A program made the translations under genes and the position numbers. Under the pieces are notes generated by a model that was not told the origin of the DNA, did not search any database, and saw only the letters and a program-made list of their open reading frames with translations. A DNA stretch of 64,000 nucleotides from a virus (taxonomy: Duplodnaviria > Caudoviricetes): positions 89,203 to 153,202 of the IMG/VR virus record IMGVR_UViG_3300021426_000002; one strand, 5' to 3'. This document shows positions 1 through 9,531 of this stretch, one piece after another. Numbering within the stretch: the first letter of the stretch is position 1; each line of letters begins with the position of its first letter.

Positions 1-2
1 AG

Positions 3-350
3 TTCTATGATGGCAGAAAAAGAAAGCACAAAGCACGTAAACTTTTAAGAGACTACGATTATTGCGATATAGTAGACGCTATATCATATGCGAAAGTTCA
101 CGGCAAGCACGTTAATGTATGTGATTATTTACGCACAGCACTTGAAGAAGTTTACTCAAATAAAGATGAATGTTATAAGATTAACCATTTAAAAGTTGAT
201 GGGAATGATGCGATTGCTTGCGGTTTTACTGGTAAAAATTGTGGAGCAATTCTTAATTACTTGCTTGATATGGTTATTACAGAATGGCTTAAAAACAATC
301 GTGATGATCTGCTAGAAGAAATGAGGTGTGTAAAAGAAGATGAAGTATGA
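3..350 (+). CDS. CCA tRNA nucleotidyltransferase, C-terminal fragment (5' end outside window)
   Basis: Frame 3 is open from the window start to TGA at 348-350. It translates ...ECYKINHLKVDGNDAIACGFTGKNCGAILNYLLDMVITEWLKNNRDDLL, the typical C-terminal signature of Firmicute CCA-adding enzymes. Not in the ORF track. Confidence 0.65.
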   Translation, partial: FYDGRKRKHKARKLLRDYDYCDIVDAISYAKVHGKHVNVCDYLRTALEEVYSNKDECYKINHLKVDGNDAIACGFTGKNCGAILNYLLDMVITEWLKNNRDDLLEEMRCVKEDEV

Positions 351-1473
351 CGGAGTTAGATTTGAGTTGACGATTGCGCCGGAGTACGTTGCCAGTTGGG
401 GTTTTAAAGAAGCCATCAGAGAGTTTATCCAGAATGGCATTGATGCTGAAACCGAGAATCCACAACATACATTTGAAATGGATTGGGATTCGGAAACAGA
501 AGAATTAACATTAAAGAATAAAAACACAAGCATTGAAATTAAATCTATGCTGCTTGGCAAAACCACAAAGGCAAATAATAAGAATTTGATCGGTCAGTTT
601 GGAGAAGGTTATAAGATTGCAACTTTGGTTATGAACCGTCTTGGCAAAAAGGTAACAATCCATAATGGCGAAACAGGGCAGTTATGGCAGAGTTCAATCG
701 AACATTCTGAAAGATTTGACAGCGATGTGCTTGTATTTACAATCACTGAATCAAAAGACGTTTCGAGAGATTTGAATATCCACATTTCAAATGTGACGTA
801 TGATGAAACGGACAGCATTGAAGAAGTATGGCTGAATGCGTTTGACGAATATCGTGATAGAGATATAATTGAAACCAGATATGGAGATATTCTGCTGGAT
901 GAAGATTTGGCTGGTTGCATTTATGTAAATGGCCTTTTTGTGCAGAAAGAATCAACGTATAAATATGGTTACAATATTAAGCCACAATACATAGAACTTG
1001 ACAGAGATAGAGGTACAGTGATGTGGTATGATTTGCGCATGACAAGCGCAAGAATGATTACCGAAGCTGCATTCAATGACAAGATAAGCGCTGATGAATT
1101 CATTCAGATCATGAAAGAAAACAATGATATTGAATTTGCGCAGTATGTTACTACCAGCAATGTATCAACATTAAAAGATAAAATTGTTGCTGCATTTGAC
1201 AAAGAGTATCCTAATAGTATTCCTGTCAGATCGCAGAGAGAATTTGAACTTGTTAAGTCTCTTGGTGGCAGACCGGTTATTATTGCTGAAAGACTTGCGG
1301 ATTACGTAGATACTATTATCAATGAGCGAATTGATAAACTTGCGGAAGAGCGCATTGAAGACGGAGAAACAATGTATGATAAATTCAATATGTGGTTTCA
1401 CACATATTGCAATGGTATTAGCGATGAAGGCAAGACGAAGTTTAATAAACTCATTGAGAAATTGGCGGTGTAA
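340..1473 (+). CDS. GHKL (HATPase_c-like) ATPase domain protein
   Basis: N-box EAIREFIQNGIDA and G-box GQFGEGYK; C-terminal half not recognised. Confidence 0.7.
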   Translation: MKYDGVRFELTIAPEYVASWGFKEAIREFIQNGIDAETENPQHTFEMDWDSETEELTLKNKNTSIEIKSMLLGKTTKANNKNLIGQFGEGYKIATLVMNRLGKKVTIHNGETGQLWQSSIEHSERFDSDVLVFTITESKDVSRDLNIHISNVTYDETDSIEEVWLNAFDEYRDRDIIETRYGDILLDEDLAGCIYVNGLFVQKESTYKYGYNIKPQYIELDRDRGTVMWYDLRMTSARMITEAAFNDKISADEFIQIMKENNDIEFAQYVTTSNVSTLKDKIVAAFDKEYPNSIPVRSQREFELVKSLGGRPVIIAERLADYVDTIINERIDKLAEERIEDGETMYDKFNMWFHTYCNGISDEGKTKFNKLIEKLAV

Positions 1474-1475
1474 TA

Positions 1476-1796
1476 ATGGCGTTATATACTTGTCCGGATT
1501 GTGGTTGCGAAGAAGTTATAATTAAACAAGTCAATAAGAGGACTGGTGTTTATTGTAAAGATTGTTACAGATGGCTTGCATGGGTACAAACAAAAGATAT
1601 TAATAAACTCAGAAGAAGAGCGAAGTACAGCGAGACGCAAGCACCACGCAAATTCATAAAGTTTAAAGGTAACACGATTATTAAGTGCGGTAATTGTGGA
1701 ACACAGCTTTATCATTCTGCAATGCCAGAGCCAGAGGGACAGTTCAATTTGATGAATGCTGTTTATTGTCCGAAGTGTGGAAAGGAACTTGTATGA
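1476..1796 (+). CDS. zinc-ribbon hypothetical protein
   Basis: Four CxxC pairs (CPDC, CKDC, CGNC, CPKC). Confidence 0.6.
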   Translation: MALYTCPDCGCEEVIIKQVNKRTGVYCKDCYRWLAWVQTKDINKLRRRAKYSETQAPRKFIKFKGNTIIKCGNCGTQLYHSAMPEPEGQFNLMNAVYCPKCGKELV

Positions 1797-2344
1797 ACGC
1801 AGAAAGAGTAGATGCTTACAAATGCGACATTTGCGGAACGACTTATATAACTAAGTTAATGGCAGAAAAATGTTGCGAGAAAAAGCATTGTAAATATTGC
1901 GGTAAAGAATTACCACATAAGTATTATTTTTTAGCATGTCCGAATTGCAGAGAAAAACATAAATATGATAATTACAGGAGAATGACTTACGAGGAATATA
2001 TCAAAGAATTTCCCGGTTATCCTGTTGGTTATGAAGATAGTGATTATATTGAGTTCGGAATGGAAGACCTTTTAGAATATATTCGTGACGATCTTTCAGA
2101 CGAGGAATGGTACAAGCTGCAATATGTTATCGGATACGATATGTATTATGCGGAGATTGATGCAGAAAGTGTTCTTGAAAATATTGAAGAAGATCAATAT
2201 GAAGATTTTGAATTTGATGAAACCGGAAGAAAAGAGTTTATTGATTTTGTAAATAAATGGAACGAAAAATATCGCAAGCCGGTTTATGTCGAAGCGAAGA
2301 TTCTTATTGAAATTCCGAAAGAATTAAAAGAAGCGTTAAACTAA
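1793..2344 (+). CDS. hypothetical protein with N-terminal Cys-rich zinc finger
   Basis: ATG at 1793 overlaps the upstream stop (ATGA), with AAGGA upstream; CDIC, CKYC and CPNC motifs; acidic C-terminus. Confidence 0.6.
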   Translation: MNAERVDAYKCDICGTTYITKLMAEKCCEKKHCKYCGKELPHKYYFLACPNCREKHKYDNYRRMTYEEYIKEFPGYPVGYEDSDYIEFGMEDLLEYIRDDLSDEEWYKLQYVIGYDMYYAEIDAESVLENIEEDQYEDFEFDETGRKEFIDFVNKWNEKYRKPVYVEAKILIEIPKELKEALN

Positions 2345-2354
2345 TACAGAAAAG
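2337..2354 (+). promoter_or_regulatory. conserved asymmetric motif, copy 1 (tAAAC-TAAT-ACAGAAAAG)
   Basis: One of 7 copies; lies 7 bp upstream of the -35 box. Confidence 0.6.
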
Positions 2355-2361
2355 ATTATTA

Positions 2362-2390
2362 TTGACATTTTGTTCTATATGTGGTATAAT
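2362..2390 (+). promoter_or_regulatory. sigma-A/70 promoter with extended -10
   Basis: TTGACA (2362-2367), 17-bp spacer, TGgTATAAT (-10 at 2385-2390); RBS AAGGAGG follows. Confidence 0.85.
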
Positions 2391-2417
2391 ACTATACATA
2401 GTTAAGGAGGGGTTGAT

Positions 2418-2615
2418 ATGATTTGTAAATATTGTAATTCTTATATGATTCATTCAACAAGATATTCATATTACGGCAGCACACATCTTTATCGCTGTCC
2501 GGTTTGTCATGCGGAAACACATACCGATCCTCTTTATGTATATATTAATACCAATGCAGAAAAAGTACAGAAAGGAGATAGCAATAGTTGTATTGTGCAT
2601 ATATTACATCATTGA
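2418..2615 (+). CDS. small zinc-ribbon protein
   Basis: CKYC and CPVC motifs; strong RBS just downstream of the promoter. Confidence 0.55.
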   Translation: MICKYCNSYMIHSTRYSYYGSTHLYRCPVCHAETHTDPLYVYINTNAEKVQKGDSNSCIVHILHH

Positions 2616-3949
2616 CTGGATTGCACAAGCACAGTAATGCAGACAGATTACAATGTGCCACAGTTTTTGGCAACAACGTAATTGTCGATCTGTCTTATTA
2701 TGAAGGTCAGCGAGTAATTTATTTTCCGGTTGACGGTCAGTTAAGTGAAGAGTTTGCAAACGACAATAATCTTATTAAGAAGTATGTCCCTGTTTCCGAA
2801 CTTAGCGCAGAACAGATTGTCAACAAAAACATTATAACCAAAGACGGAGTTGAAGTAGTTAATGTCGGCGGTTATATGGAAGAAGGGAAAAGAAATATTA
2901 CAGCGTTAAAGCTGCGTGGTGAAAAATCCGAAGGACTTGTTTTACCGATTGAAGTTCTCAGCAAGTATACAGATGTGAGCAAGTTGAAAGACGGAGATCA
3001 AATTACTGTCCTTGATGGTCATGAAATTTGCAAGAAATATATTCCGAGAACAAATCATAGAAGAAACGGCGAGAATGGCGGTAAGTACAAGAAAAACCAC
3101 AAGGAAGAGAAAGAAACTATTTCTTATCCGTTCTTTATTGAACATATTGATACACAACAGTTGGCTTTTAATCAAGGTGCTTTTAAGCCTGGTGATACTT
3201 GCTACATTACCTTAAAGATGCATGGCACAAGCGCAAGAACGGCGAATACTGTTAGAGTTATCAATAAGCGTCCTAATTTCATTCAGCGCATTTTACATAT
3301 AAAACCAAAACAGAAAAAGGATTATACACTTGTCAGCGGTACACGCAGAACCACGCTTAGAAATTATGATGGTGGTTTTTACGGTAGTAATGAATTCAGA
3401 CAGCCATATCATGAATTTTTCGCAAGCAGACTTCCTAAAGGCGTTGAAGTCTATTACGAGATTGTAGGTTATCAAGATGGCAAGCGTCCGATTATGGGTA
3501 GCTGTTCCAATGACAAAGTTCAAGATAAGAACTTCAAGAAGATGTACGGCGATACAACAGTGTTCTCTTACGGCTGCAATGAAGGTGAGAGCGCTGCTTA
3601 TGTTTATCGCATGACAATGATGAACGAAGATGGCTTCATGGTTGAACTTCCGTGGGAGCAAGTACAGATCGAAGCTGAAAAGATGGGTGCTAAGTGTGTT
3701 CCTACATTTGAGAAATTCATCTTTACAACTTGGGATGATCTCATGGAACGTGTTGAAAAATACTATGACGGTGCTGATCCAATCGGTAAAACTCATGTTC
3801 GTGAAGGCGTTGTTGTGAGAATTGATAACCGCCAGAAGTTCACAGCATATAAGCACAAGAATTTCTCATTCAAAGTTTTGTCCGGAATTATCGCTGATTC
3901 AGTTAGCGAAGATTCTGAAATTGATTCTGACATTTTAAGTGAAATGTAA
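2588..3949 (+). CDS. RNA ligase (OB/tRNA-binding N-domain + Rnl-type nucleotidyltransferase; DRB0094-like)
   Basis: N-terminal HSNADRL and KLRGEKSEG OB-fold motifs; ligase motif I KMHGTS, plus YYEIVG, REGVVVR and KHKN. Confidence 0.8.
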   Translation: MYCAYITSLTGLHKHSNADRLQCATVFGNNVIVDLSYYEGQRVIYFPVDGQLSEEFANDNNLIKKYVPVSELSAEQIVNKNIITKDGVEVVNVGGYMEEGKRNITALKLRGEKSEGLVLPIEVLSKYTDVSKLKDGDQITVLDGHEICKKYIPRTNHRRNGENGGKYKKNHKEEKETISYPFFIEHIDTQQLAFNQGAFKPGDTCYITLKMHGTSARTANTVRVINKRPNFIQRILHIKPKQKKDYTLVSGTRRTTLRNYDGGFYGSNEFRQPYHEFFASRLPKGVEVYYEIVGYQDGKRPIMGSCSNDKVQDKNFKKMYGDTTVFSYGCNEGESAAYVYRMTMMNEDGFMVELPWEQVQIEAEKMGAKCVPTFEKFIFTTWDDLMERVEKYYDGADPIGKTHVREGVVVRIDNRQKFTAYKHKNFSFKVLSGIIADSVSEDSEIDSDILSEM

Positions 3950-3959
3950 GGAGTTACAT

Positions 3960-4904
3960 ATGTCAAGTAAAGCTACGTTAATTATGCTTATTGGTTTACC
4001 CGCAAGCGGTAAATCAACGTGGTCTGAGAGGTATATCAGAGATAAGCCGGAAACTGCTCTGCATTCTTCTGATGCAATTCGTGAAGAATTATTTGGAGAT
4101 ATAGAAGACCAGACAAATAATGCAAAAGTTTTTGAGGAATTAAATAAGCGGGTGTTTGCAGATTTACGGCAAGGAAAGACAGTTATTTATGACGCAACAA
4201 ATCTTAGCAAGCGCCGGAGAATAGCTTTCATCAGACAGCTAAACAATATTAACCCGAAAAAGATTGCTGTGTTATTTGCAACTCCATACGAGCAATGTTT
4301 AGCAAGGAATAATAACAGAGAGCGTGTTGTGCCGGAATACGCAATGAAGAAAATGTATTTCAGTTTTGAACCACCGCATTTCAGTGAAGGTTGGGATGAA
4401 ATTGAAATGATTGAGGATGTAGAAGAAGAGTTTGACACATTGTTTGATATTTCATTGCTGTTTACTGGTAAGAATGGTATTGACGGATTCGATCAGAAAA
4501 ATAAACATCATTCAGCGACACTTGGTAAGCATTGCAGACTTGCAGAAGAATATATAAAGAAACATAAACAAGATGATTCAATCCTTGCGATGGCGGGATT
4601 GCTACACGATTTAGGCAAGGTAAAAACTCAGAGCAAGTATAATTCAAAGGGCGTGTTTGACGGTAATTATCACTACTATCAACATCATTGCGTTGGTGCT
4701 TATGATTCGCTGTTTTACGCTGCTGAGTTATATGACAGCCTTGACGATATTTTGCGTTTGTCAAATTTAATTTTCTACCACATGCATCCGTATCTTTCAT
4801 GGAAACAATCTGAAAGAGCAAAAGAGAAAGACAAGCGCATTATAGGCAGTGAAATGTTTGACGATATTTTACTGCTCCATGATGCAGACGTAGCTGCACA
4901 CTAA
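3960..4904 (+). CDS. polynucleotide kinase (AAA_33) fused to HD phosphoesterase
   Basis: P-loop GLPASGKST, DATN and RNNNRER kinase motifs; C-terminal H...LLHDLGK...H...HM...D HD domain; RBS AAGGAG. Confidence 0.8.
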   Translation: MSSKATLIMLIGLPASGKSTWSERYIRDKPETALHSSDAIREELFGDIEDQTNNAKVFEELNKRVFADLRQGKTVIYDATNLSKRRRIAFIRQLNNINPKKIAVLFATPYEQCLARNNNRERVVPEYAMKKMYFSFEPPHFSEGWDEIEMIEDVEEEFDTLFDISLLFTGKNGIDGFDQKNKHHSATLGKHCRLAEEYIKKHKQDDSILAMAGLLHDLGKVKTQSKYNSKGVFDGNYHYYQHHCVGAYDSLFYAAELYDSLDDILRLSNLIFYHMHPYLSWKQSERAKEKDKRIIGSEMFDDILLLHDADVAAH

Positions 4905-4924
4905 AAAAATAGAGCGGAGTAATA

Positions 4925-5951
4925 ATGATAGAAGTAAAAGAGCGGAAATCCGAAATCTTCCAACAGTTATTAGCTGACGCTCCCGATAATTTCATAATAT
5001 CTGATAGCCTGGAACGAGCGCAAATTATTATTTCTAATCCAAAGTATAGAAAAATAATTTGTGCTGTGTCCGGGGAGTGATTCAGATTTAATGGTCGATT
5101 TACTTACAAAAATAGATATTGACCATAAGATAGATTACGTGTGGTTTGATACCGGATTGGAGTATCAAGCAACTAAGACACACATTAAAGATTTAGAAAC
5201 GAAATATGGAATCGAGATTAAGCCATACAAAGCGATTGTTCCGATACCTATATCATGCAAGCGCTTTGGTCAGCCGTTTATTTCTAAACGAGTATCAGAT
5301 TATATAAGCAGACTTCAAAGACATAATTTCCAATTTGAAGATGAATCATTCGATGCTCTTTATAAGAAGTATCCAAAATGTAAAGTTGCTTTGCGTTGGT
5401 GGTGTAATGAATGGCATAACAATAATGGTGGCAAAAGTCAATTCAATATTTCTCACAATAAATGGCTCAAAGAGTTTATGGTTGCTAATCCGCCAACATT
5501 CAAGATTTCAAATGTTTGTTGTCAGAAAGCAAAGAAAGACGTTGCGCACAAATGTATTTCTGATAATAGTTATGATCTTAATATCATTGGTGTTAGAAGA
5601 GCAGAGGGCGGTGTAAGAGCAGTTAGTTATAAATCTTGTTTTAGTAATAAAGAACAATGCGATGAATACAGGCCGTTGTTCTGGTATACAGACAAAGACA
5701 AAGCTGAGTACAAAGACTATTACAAAGTTCAGTACAGTGATTGTTATGAAGTGTATGCGCTAAGAAGAACCGGTTGCGCTGGCTGCCCTTTCGGTAGAAA
5801 TTTTGAATACGAATTAGAAGTCATTGGCAAGTACGAGCCAAAATTGTTAAAAGCTGTCAACAATATATTTGGTGATAGTTATAAATATACAAGAAGATAC
5901 AAGGAATTTGCAAAAGAAATGAATGCAAAAACCAAAACAGAAAAAGTATAA
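4925..5951 (+). pseudogene. PAPS/APS reductase-family protein, frameshifted in the PP-loop
   Basis: ATG 4925 reads to ...IICAVSGE* (TGA 5078-5080). The adjacent frame continues GSDSD...FDTGLEY...CC...GVRRAEG...RTGCAGCP. The break is in the G4 run at 5072-5075. Confidence 0.75.
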
Positions 5952-5963
5952 GGAGAGTAGAGA

Positions 5964-6611
5964 ATGGCAGACGTTAGTATTTTTACTAAGCTGAACGGCA
6001 TTGATGTTTCCAGCAAAGTTAAAACCAAAAACGGCCTTACATATCTTCCGTGGTCTTCTGCGGTTGCAGAGGTCAAGAAGCTGTATCCGGATATGGAAAT
6101 CAAGATTTATCCACAAGTGATGGATCAGTTTGGCAATACAAGATTCTGGCATGACGATGGTAAAACCGGCTGGGTCGAAGTTGGCGTAACCATTAACGGC
6201 AAAGAAGAAAGAGAAGTCCTTGCAATTATGGATTTTAAAAACAAAGCTATTCCGGCTGACAGTATCACATCAACAGATGCAAATAAGGCTATGAAGCGTT
6301 GCATGGTAAAAGCGATTGCGCTTCATGGGTTGGGTCTATACGTTTACTATGGCGATGATCTTCCGGAAGACGTTACAAAAGCTGCTCAGTTGCAAACAGA
6401 AATTCTTGAACTTATGAAGAAGAAAATCGGTGCAGCAAACGACAAAGAAGCGGTAAAGAAGAAGATTGCTGATTATGCAAAATCCGCTGAAAAAGAAGCA
6501 GACCCGACTCTTGATGAAGAACTGATTATTGGCGATCCACGCAATATCAGCGATCCGGATATTCTTACAAAACTTAAAAAGCAGATTCTTGCCATCAGAG
6601 CAAGCAAATAA
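5964..6611 (+). CDS. Sak3/DUF1071 single-strand annealing recombinase
   Basis: LTYLPWS and NKAMKRCMVKAIALHGLGLYVY.GDDLP motifs; adjacent to SSB. Confidence 0.8.
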   Translation: MADVSIFTKLNGIDVSSKVKTKNGLTYLPWSSAVAEVKKLYPDMEIKIYPQVMDQFGNTRFWHDDGKTGWVEVGVTINGKEEREVLAIMDFKNKAIPADSITSTDANKAMKRCMVKAIALHGLGLYVYYGDDLPEDVTKAAQLQTEILELMKKKIGAANDKEAVKKKIADYAKSAEKEADPTLDEELIIGDPRNISDPDILTKLKKQILAIRASK

Positions 6612-6625
6612 TAAGGAGAAATAAT

Positions 6626-7057
6626 ATGGGATTCAGACAGGCAACAGTAAATGAAAAAGGTCAGTATGTCGGCGGTTATGCAAGAGTATGGTCTATCAGT
6701 GAAAAGAATGGCTTTGTAACTGGTAATTTAAGTACGTCCCGCAAGCTGAAAGATCCAGATCGTTATGAGACAGACTTTCAGGATGGTTATGTAAGTTTCT
6801 TCGGCGCTTGCGCTGATAAGATTAAGAGCGTTGATATTCCGGACAGAAAGGGTGTTGGAATTCAGATTCTTTCTTGCGAGGTCAGAAATAAGTATGACGA
6901 AAACGCAAAGCGTACATACGTCAATTATAATATTTATGATTTTAAATTCACAGATCAGAAATCAGAAGCACCGGTAACAAAGAAAACTCCGGAAAAGAAG
7001 AAAGAAGAATTCATGAATATTCCCGATGGAGTAGATGAAGAACTTCCGTTCAATTAA
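6626..7057 (+). CDS. ssb: single-stranded DNA-binding protein
   Basis: OB-fold-sized protein with acidic C-terminal tail EFMNIPDGVDEELPFN. Confidence 0.75.
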   Translation: MGFRQATVNEKGQYVGGYARVWSISEKNGFVTGNLSTSRKLKDPDRYETDFQDGYVSFFGACADKIKSVDIPDRKGVGIQILSCEVRNKYDENAKRTYVNYNIYDFKFTDQKSEAPVTKKTPEKKKEEFMNIPDGVDEELPFN

Positions 7058-7069
7058 TGAGGGTTCGCA

Positions 7070-7687
7070 ATGGTTAATAAGGAGAATGTCGAAATTTTTG
7101 AAAGCCTCCTTAGAATGACGGAGAGAGAAGGTATAGAAGATTTGATTTCTTTTTTAAGGAAGTCAGACTTCTATACTGCTCCGGCAAGCACAAGATTTCA
7201 TTCTTGTCATGAGGGTGGCTTACTTGAACACACATTAAATGTTTGCGAATGTGCGCTTAACAAACTTGATAATCCGGTTTGGAGCGAATCGCTTAAAAAT
7301 GTAACCACAAAGAATGTTCTCATTTCCGCTCTTCTTCATGATGTATGTAAAACCTATTTCTATGGTACAGAGTTAAAGAATAAGAAGATTTATTCTGATA
7401 CCGGCAAGAAGATTGATTCTAACGGAAGGTATGATTGGGAAACCGTACCATGTTATACAGTTGACGATAAGATACCGTATGGACACGGAGAGAAGTCTGT
7501 CATGATGGTTGAAACTTATATCAAGTTAGAACCAGTAGAGAGATATGCTATCCGCTGGCACATGGGTTTTACAGAACCGAAAGAAAATTGGAACTGTTTT
7601 TCCAGCGCAATTAAGCTACATCCATTTGTGCTTGCGCTGCATACATCAGACCTTGAAGCCACATATCTTCTTGAAAAGGAAGAGTAA
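7070..7687 (+). CDS. HD-domain phosphohydrolase
   Basis: FYTAPASTRFH..GGLLEH, ALLHDVCK, GHGEKS and IRWHMG motifs. Confidence 0.8.
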   Translation: MVNKENVEIFESLLRMTEREGIEDLISFLRKSDFYTAPASTRFHSCHEGGLLEHTLNVCECALNKLDNPVWSESLKNVTTKNVLISALLHDVCKTYFYGTELKNKKIYSDTGKKIDSNGRYDWETVPCYTVDDKIPYGHGEKSVMMVETYIKLEPVERYAIRWHMGFTEPKENWNCFSSAIKLHPFVLALHTSDLEATYLLEKEE

Positions 7688-8173
7688 ATGAATAAAGATG
7701 TTAAACGGTGTAGGTGCAAAAATTGTCTACATGATAATAGGGACATACTCATTGCAGAAGATGAATATGTAACTGTTGGTTCGGTTTATTATCATAAAGA
7801 CTGTTATCAAGTCATGGCTGATATTGATTTGATTCTAAATATTTGGCATGACGATATTGACGAAAATGTTTCTTACAGCTATCTAAGAAAAACTTTAAAT
7901 GACTTTATCTATAAGCAGAAACAACCATCTGATTATATTGTTTTCTGCGTTAAGCGTGGTGCTGCCGGAAGGCTTAAACATGTACCCGGTTTAAAATATA
8001 TTGTCAATGATGAAGGAGTTAAAAAAGCGTATCTTGCAAAGCTGGCTAGAAAAGAAAACATAAGACCGTCAGATTTTGTGGTAACAGAAGAGGATCAAAG
8101 AGAACCAAAATTTACTGCACCAAAACCAAAGAAAACAGGTTTCGGCAGCATTTTTGGAGGGAATAAGAATTGA
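7688..8173 (+). CDS. hypothetical protein in replication module (possible helicase loader)
   Basis: Cys/His N-terminus; overlaps the dnaB start; function inferred from position only. Confidence 0.45.
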   Translation: MNKDVKRCRCKNCLHDNRDILIAEDEYVTVGSVYYHKDCYQVMADIDLILNIWHDDIDENVSYSYLRKTLNDFIYKQKQPSDYIVFCVKRGAAGRLKHVPGLKYIVNDEGVKKAYLAKLARKENIRPSDFVVTEEDQREPKFTAPKPKKTGFGSIFGGNKN

Positions 8174-9519
8174 GAGACATTTCCGAGATTTCCGATATTG
8201 GAGCGGAAAGCGGAATTATCGGCACTCTTATTTACCATCCGGATTATGTGCTAGTCACGGATTATCTTAAACCGAAGAACTTTTATGGGACTGAGAACGC
8301 TTGTATTTATTGGGCGATTCAAGAGTTATACAAAGACGGAATAGCGAACATTGATGCGTATAATCTATCTCAAAAACTGCAAAGCAATCCAGCGGTGAAC
8401 AAAACACTTAACAAGTATAATCTTCCGTCAGTGCAAGAGTACATGGAATTATATAAGGAAACCGCAAGACACACAATCGAAGAATATACAATGCTTGCTG
8501 AGACAATCGTTACGTTGGCTTTTAAACGTGACCTTGTTAAAACATTTAATCTGCTTGAAAGTCAATGTTTTGATTTAAAGAAGGATTTGGATACATTAAG
8601 TGGTAATGTGTACGATTCATTAGACAAACTTACTCAATCTTATATCACAAAAGCAGATGCATGTTTGCTTGGTGAAGAGATTGACGATGTATGGGCGGAG
8701 ATTGAAAGCAGAAGAACGGATAACGGATTATACGGTATTCCTTCTAAATACCCATCGTTCGGGGAATACTTCACATATGAGACAGGAGAACTTGTTGTAA
8801 TACAGGCGAAATACAAACAAGGCAAATCTGTTTTTCTTATGAATGAAGTTGTGCATAAATTGAAGAACGGCATACCAACACTTGTAATTGATACGGAAAT
8901 GCAGACAAGGTTATATGTTGAGCGCTTGCTTGCACATTTAACAAAGATTAGCGTACAGCGGATTAAGAGCGGTAATTATACAGAAGAAGAAGGCGAAAAA
9001 ATTCATCAACAAATTCAATGGATTAAAGAGCAACCATTTGTTCATGTATATATGCCGGAAGTTTCAAATTCGCAAATGTACACAATCTGTAAAATGTGGA
9101 AACACAAAATAGGTTTGCAGTTTTTCGTGTTTGATTATTTGAAGAGTAACGAATCAGAGTCAAGCACTAACTATAATGTCTTGGGTGCTAAGTGCGATTT
9201 TTTGAAAAACAAAATCGCTGGCGAACTTGATCTTGCCGTACTTGCAGCTTGTCAGCTTAACCGGCAAGGCGAAGTTGCAGACAGTATCAAGATTAACAGA
9301 TATCTTTCTGTTGGTATCAAGTGGGAATATAAACCAGCATCAATGATTGCTAAAGATGGTAAAGAGTGCGGAAACGCATATGCAAAAATATATGTTAATC
9401 GTCTTGGTCAACAGATGCAAGAAGACGATGAAGAAGACTACATTGATTTTTCGTTTGACGGAGATCATATGAGTATTATTGAAACTGAAATTCAGCACGC
9501 TAGGACTGATAACACGTAA
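8170..9519 (+). CDS. dnaB: replicative DNA helicase, DnaB family
   Basis: N-terminal AESGIIGTLI, Walker A QAKYKQGKS, DTEM, FVFDYL and CQLNR motifs. Confidence 0.85.
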   Translation: MRDISEISDIGAESGIIGTLIYHPDYVLVTDYLKPKNFYGTENACIYWAIQELYKDGIANIDAYNLSQKLQSNPAVNKTLNKYNLPSVQEYMELYKETARHTIEEYTMLAETIVTLAFKRDLVKTFNLLESQCFDLKKDLDTLSGNVYDSLDKLTQSYITKADACLLGEEIDDVWAEIESRRTDNGLYGIPSKYPSFGEYFTYETGELVVIQAKYKQGKSVFLMNEVVHKLKNGIPTLVIDTEMQTRLYVERLLAHLTKISVQRIKSGNYTEEEGEKIHQQIQWIKEQPFVHVYMPEVSNSQMYTICKMWKHKIGLQFFVFDYLKSNESESSTNYNVLGAKCDFLKNKIAGELDLAVLAACQLNRQGEVADSIKINRYLSVGIKWEYKPASMIAKDGKECGNAYAKIYVNRLGQQMQEDDEEDYIDFSFDGDHMSIIETEIQHARTDNT

Positions 9520-9531
9520 CAAAGGTTAATT

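Noticed and set aside
5078-5080. Selenocysteine or stop-codon readthrough at the TGA
   Set aside because: The same frame closes again after about 13 codons, and the conserved motifs continue in a different frame.
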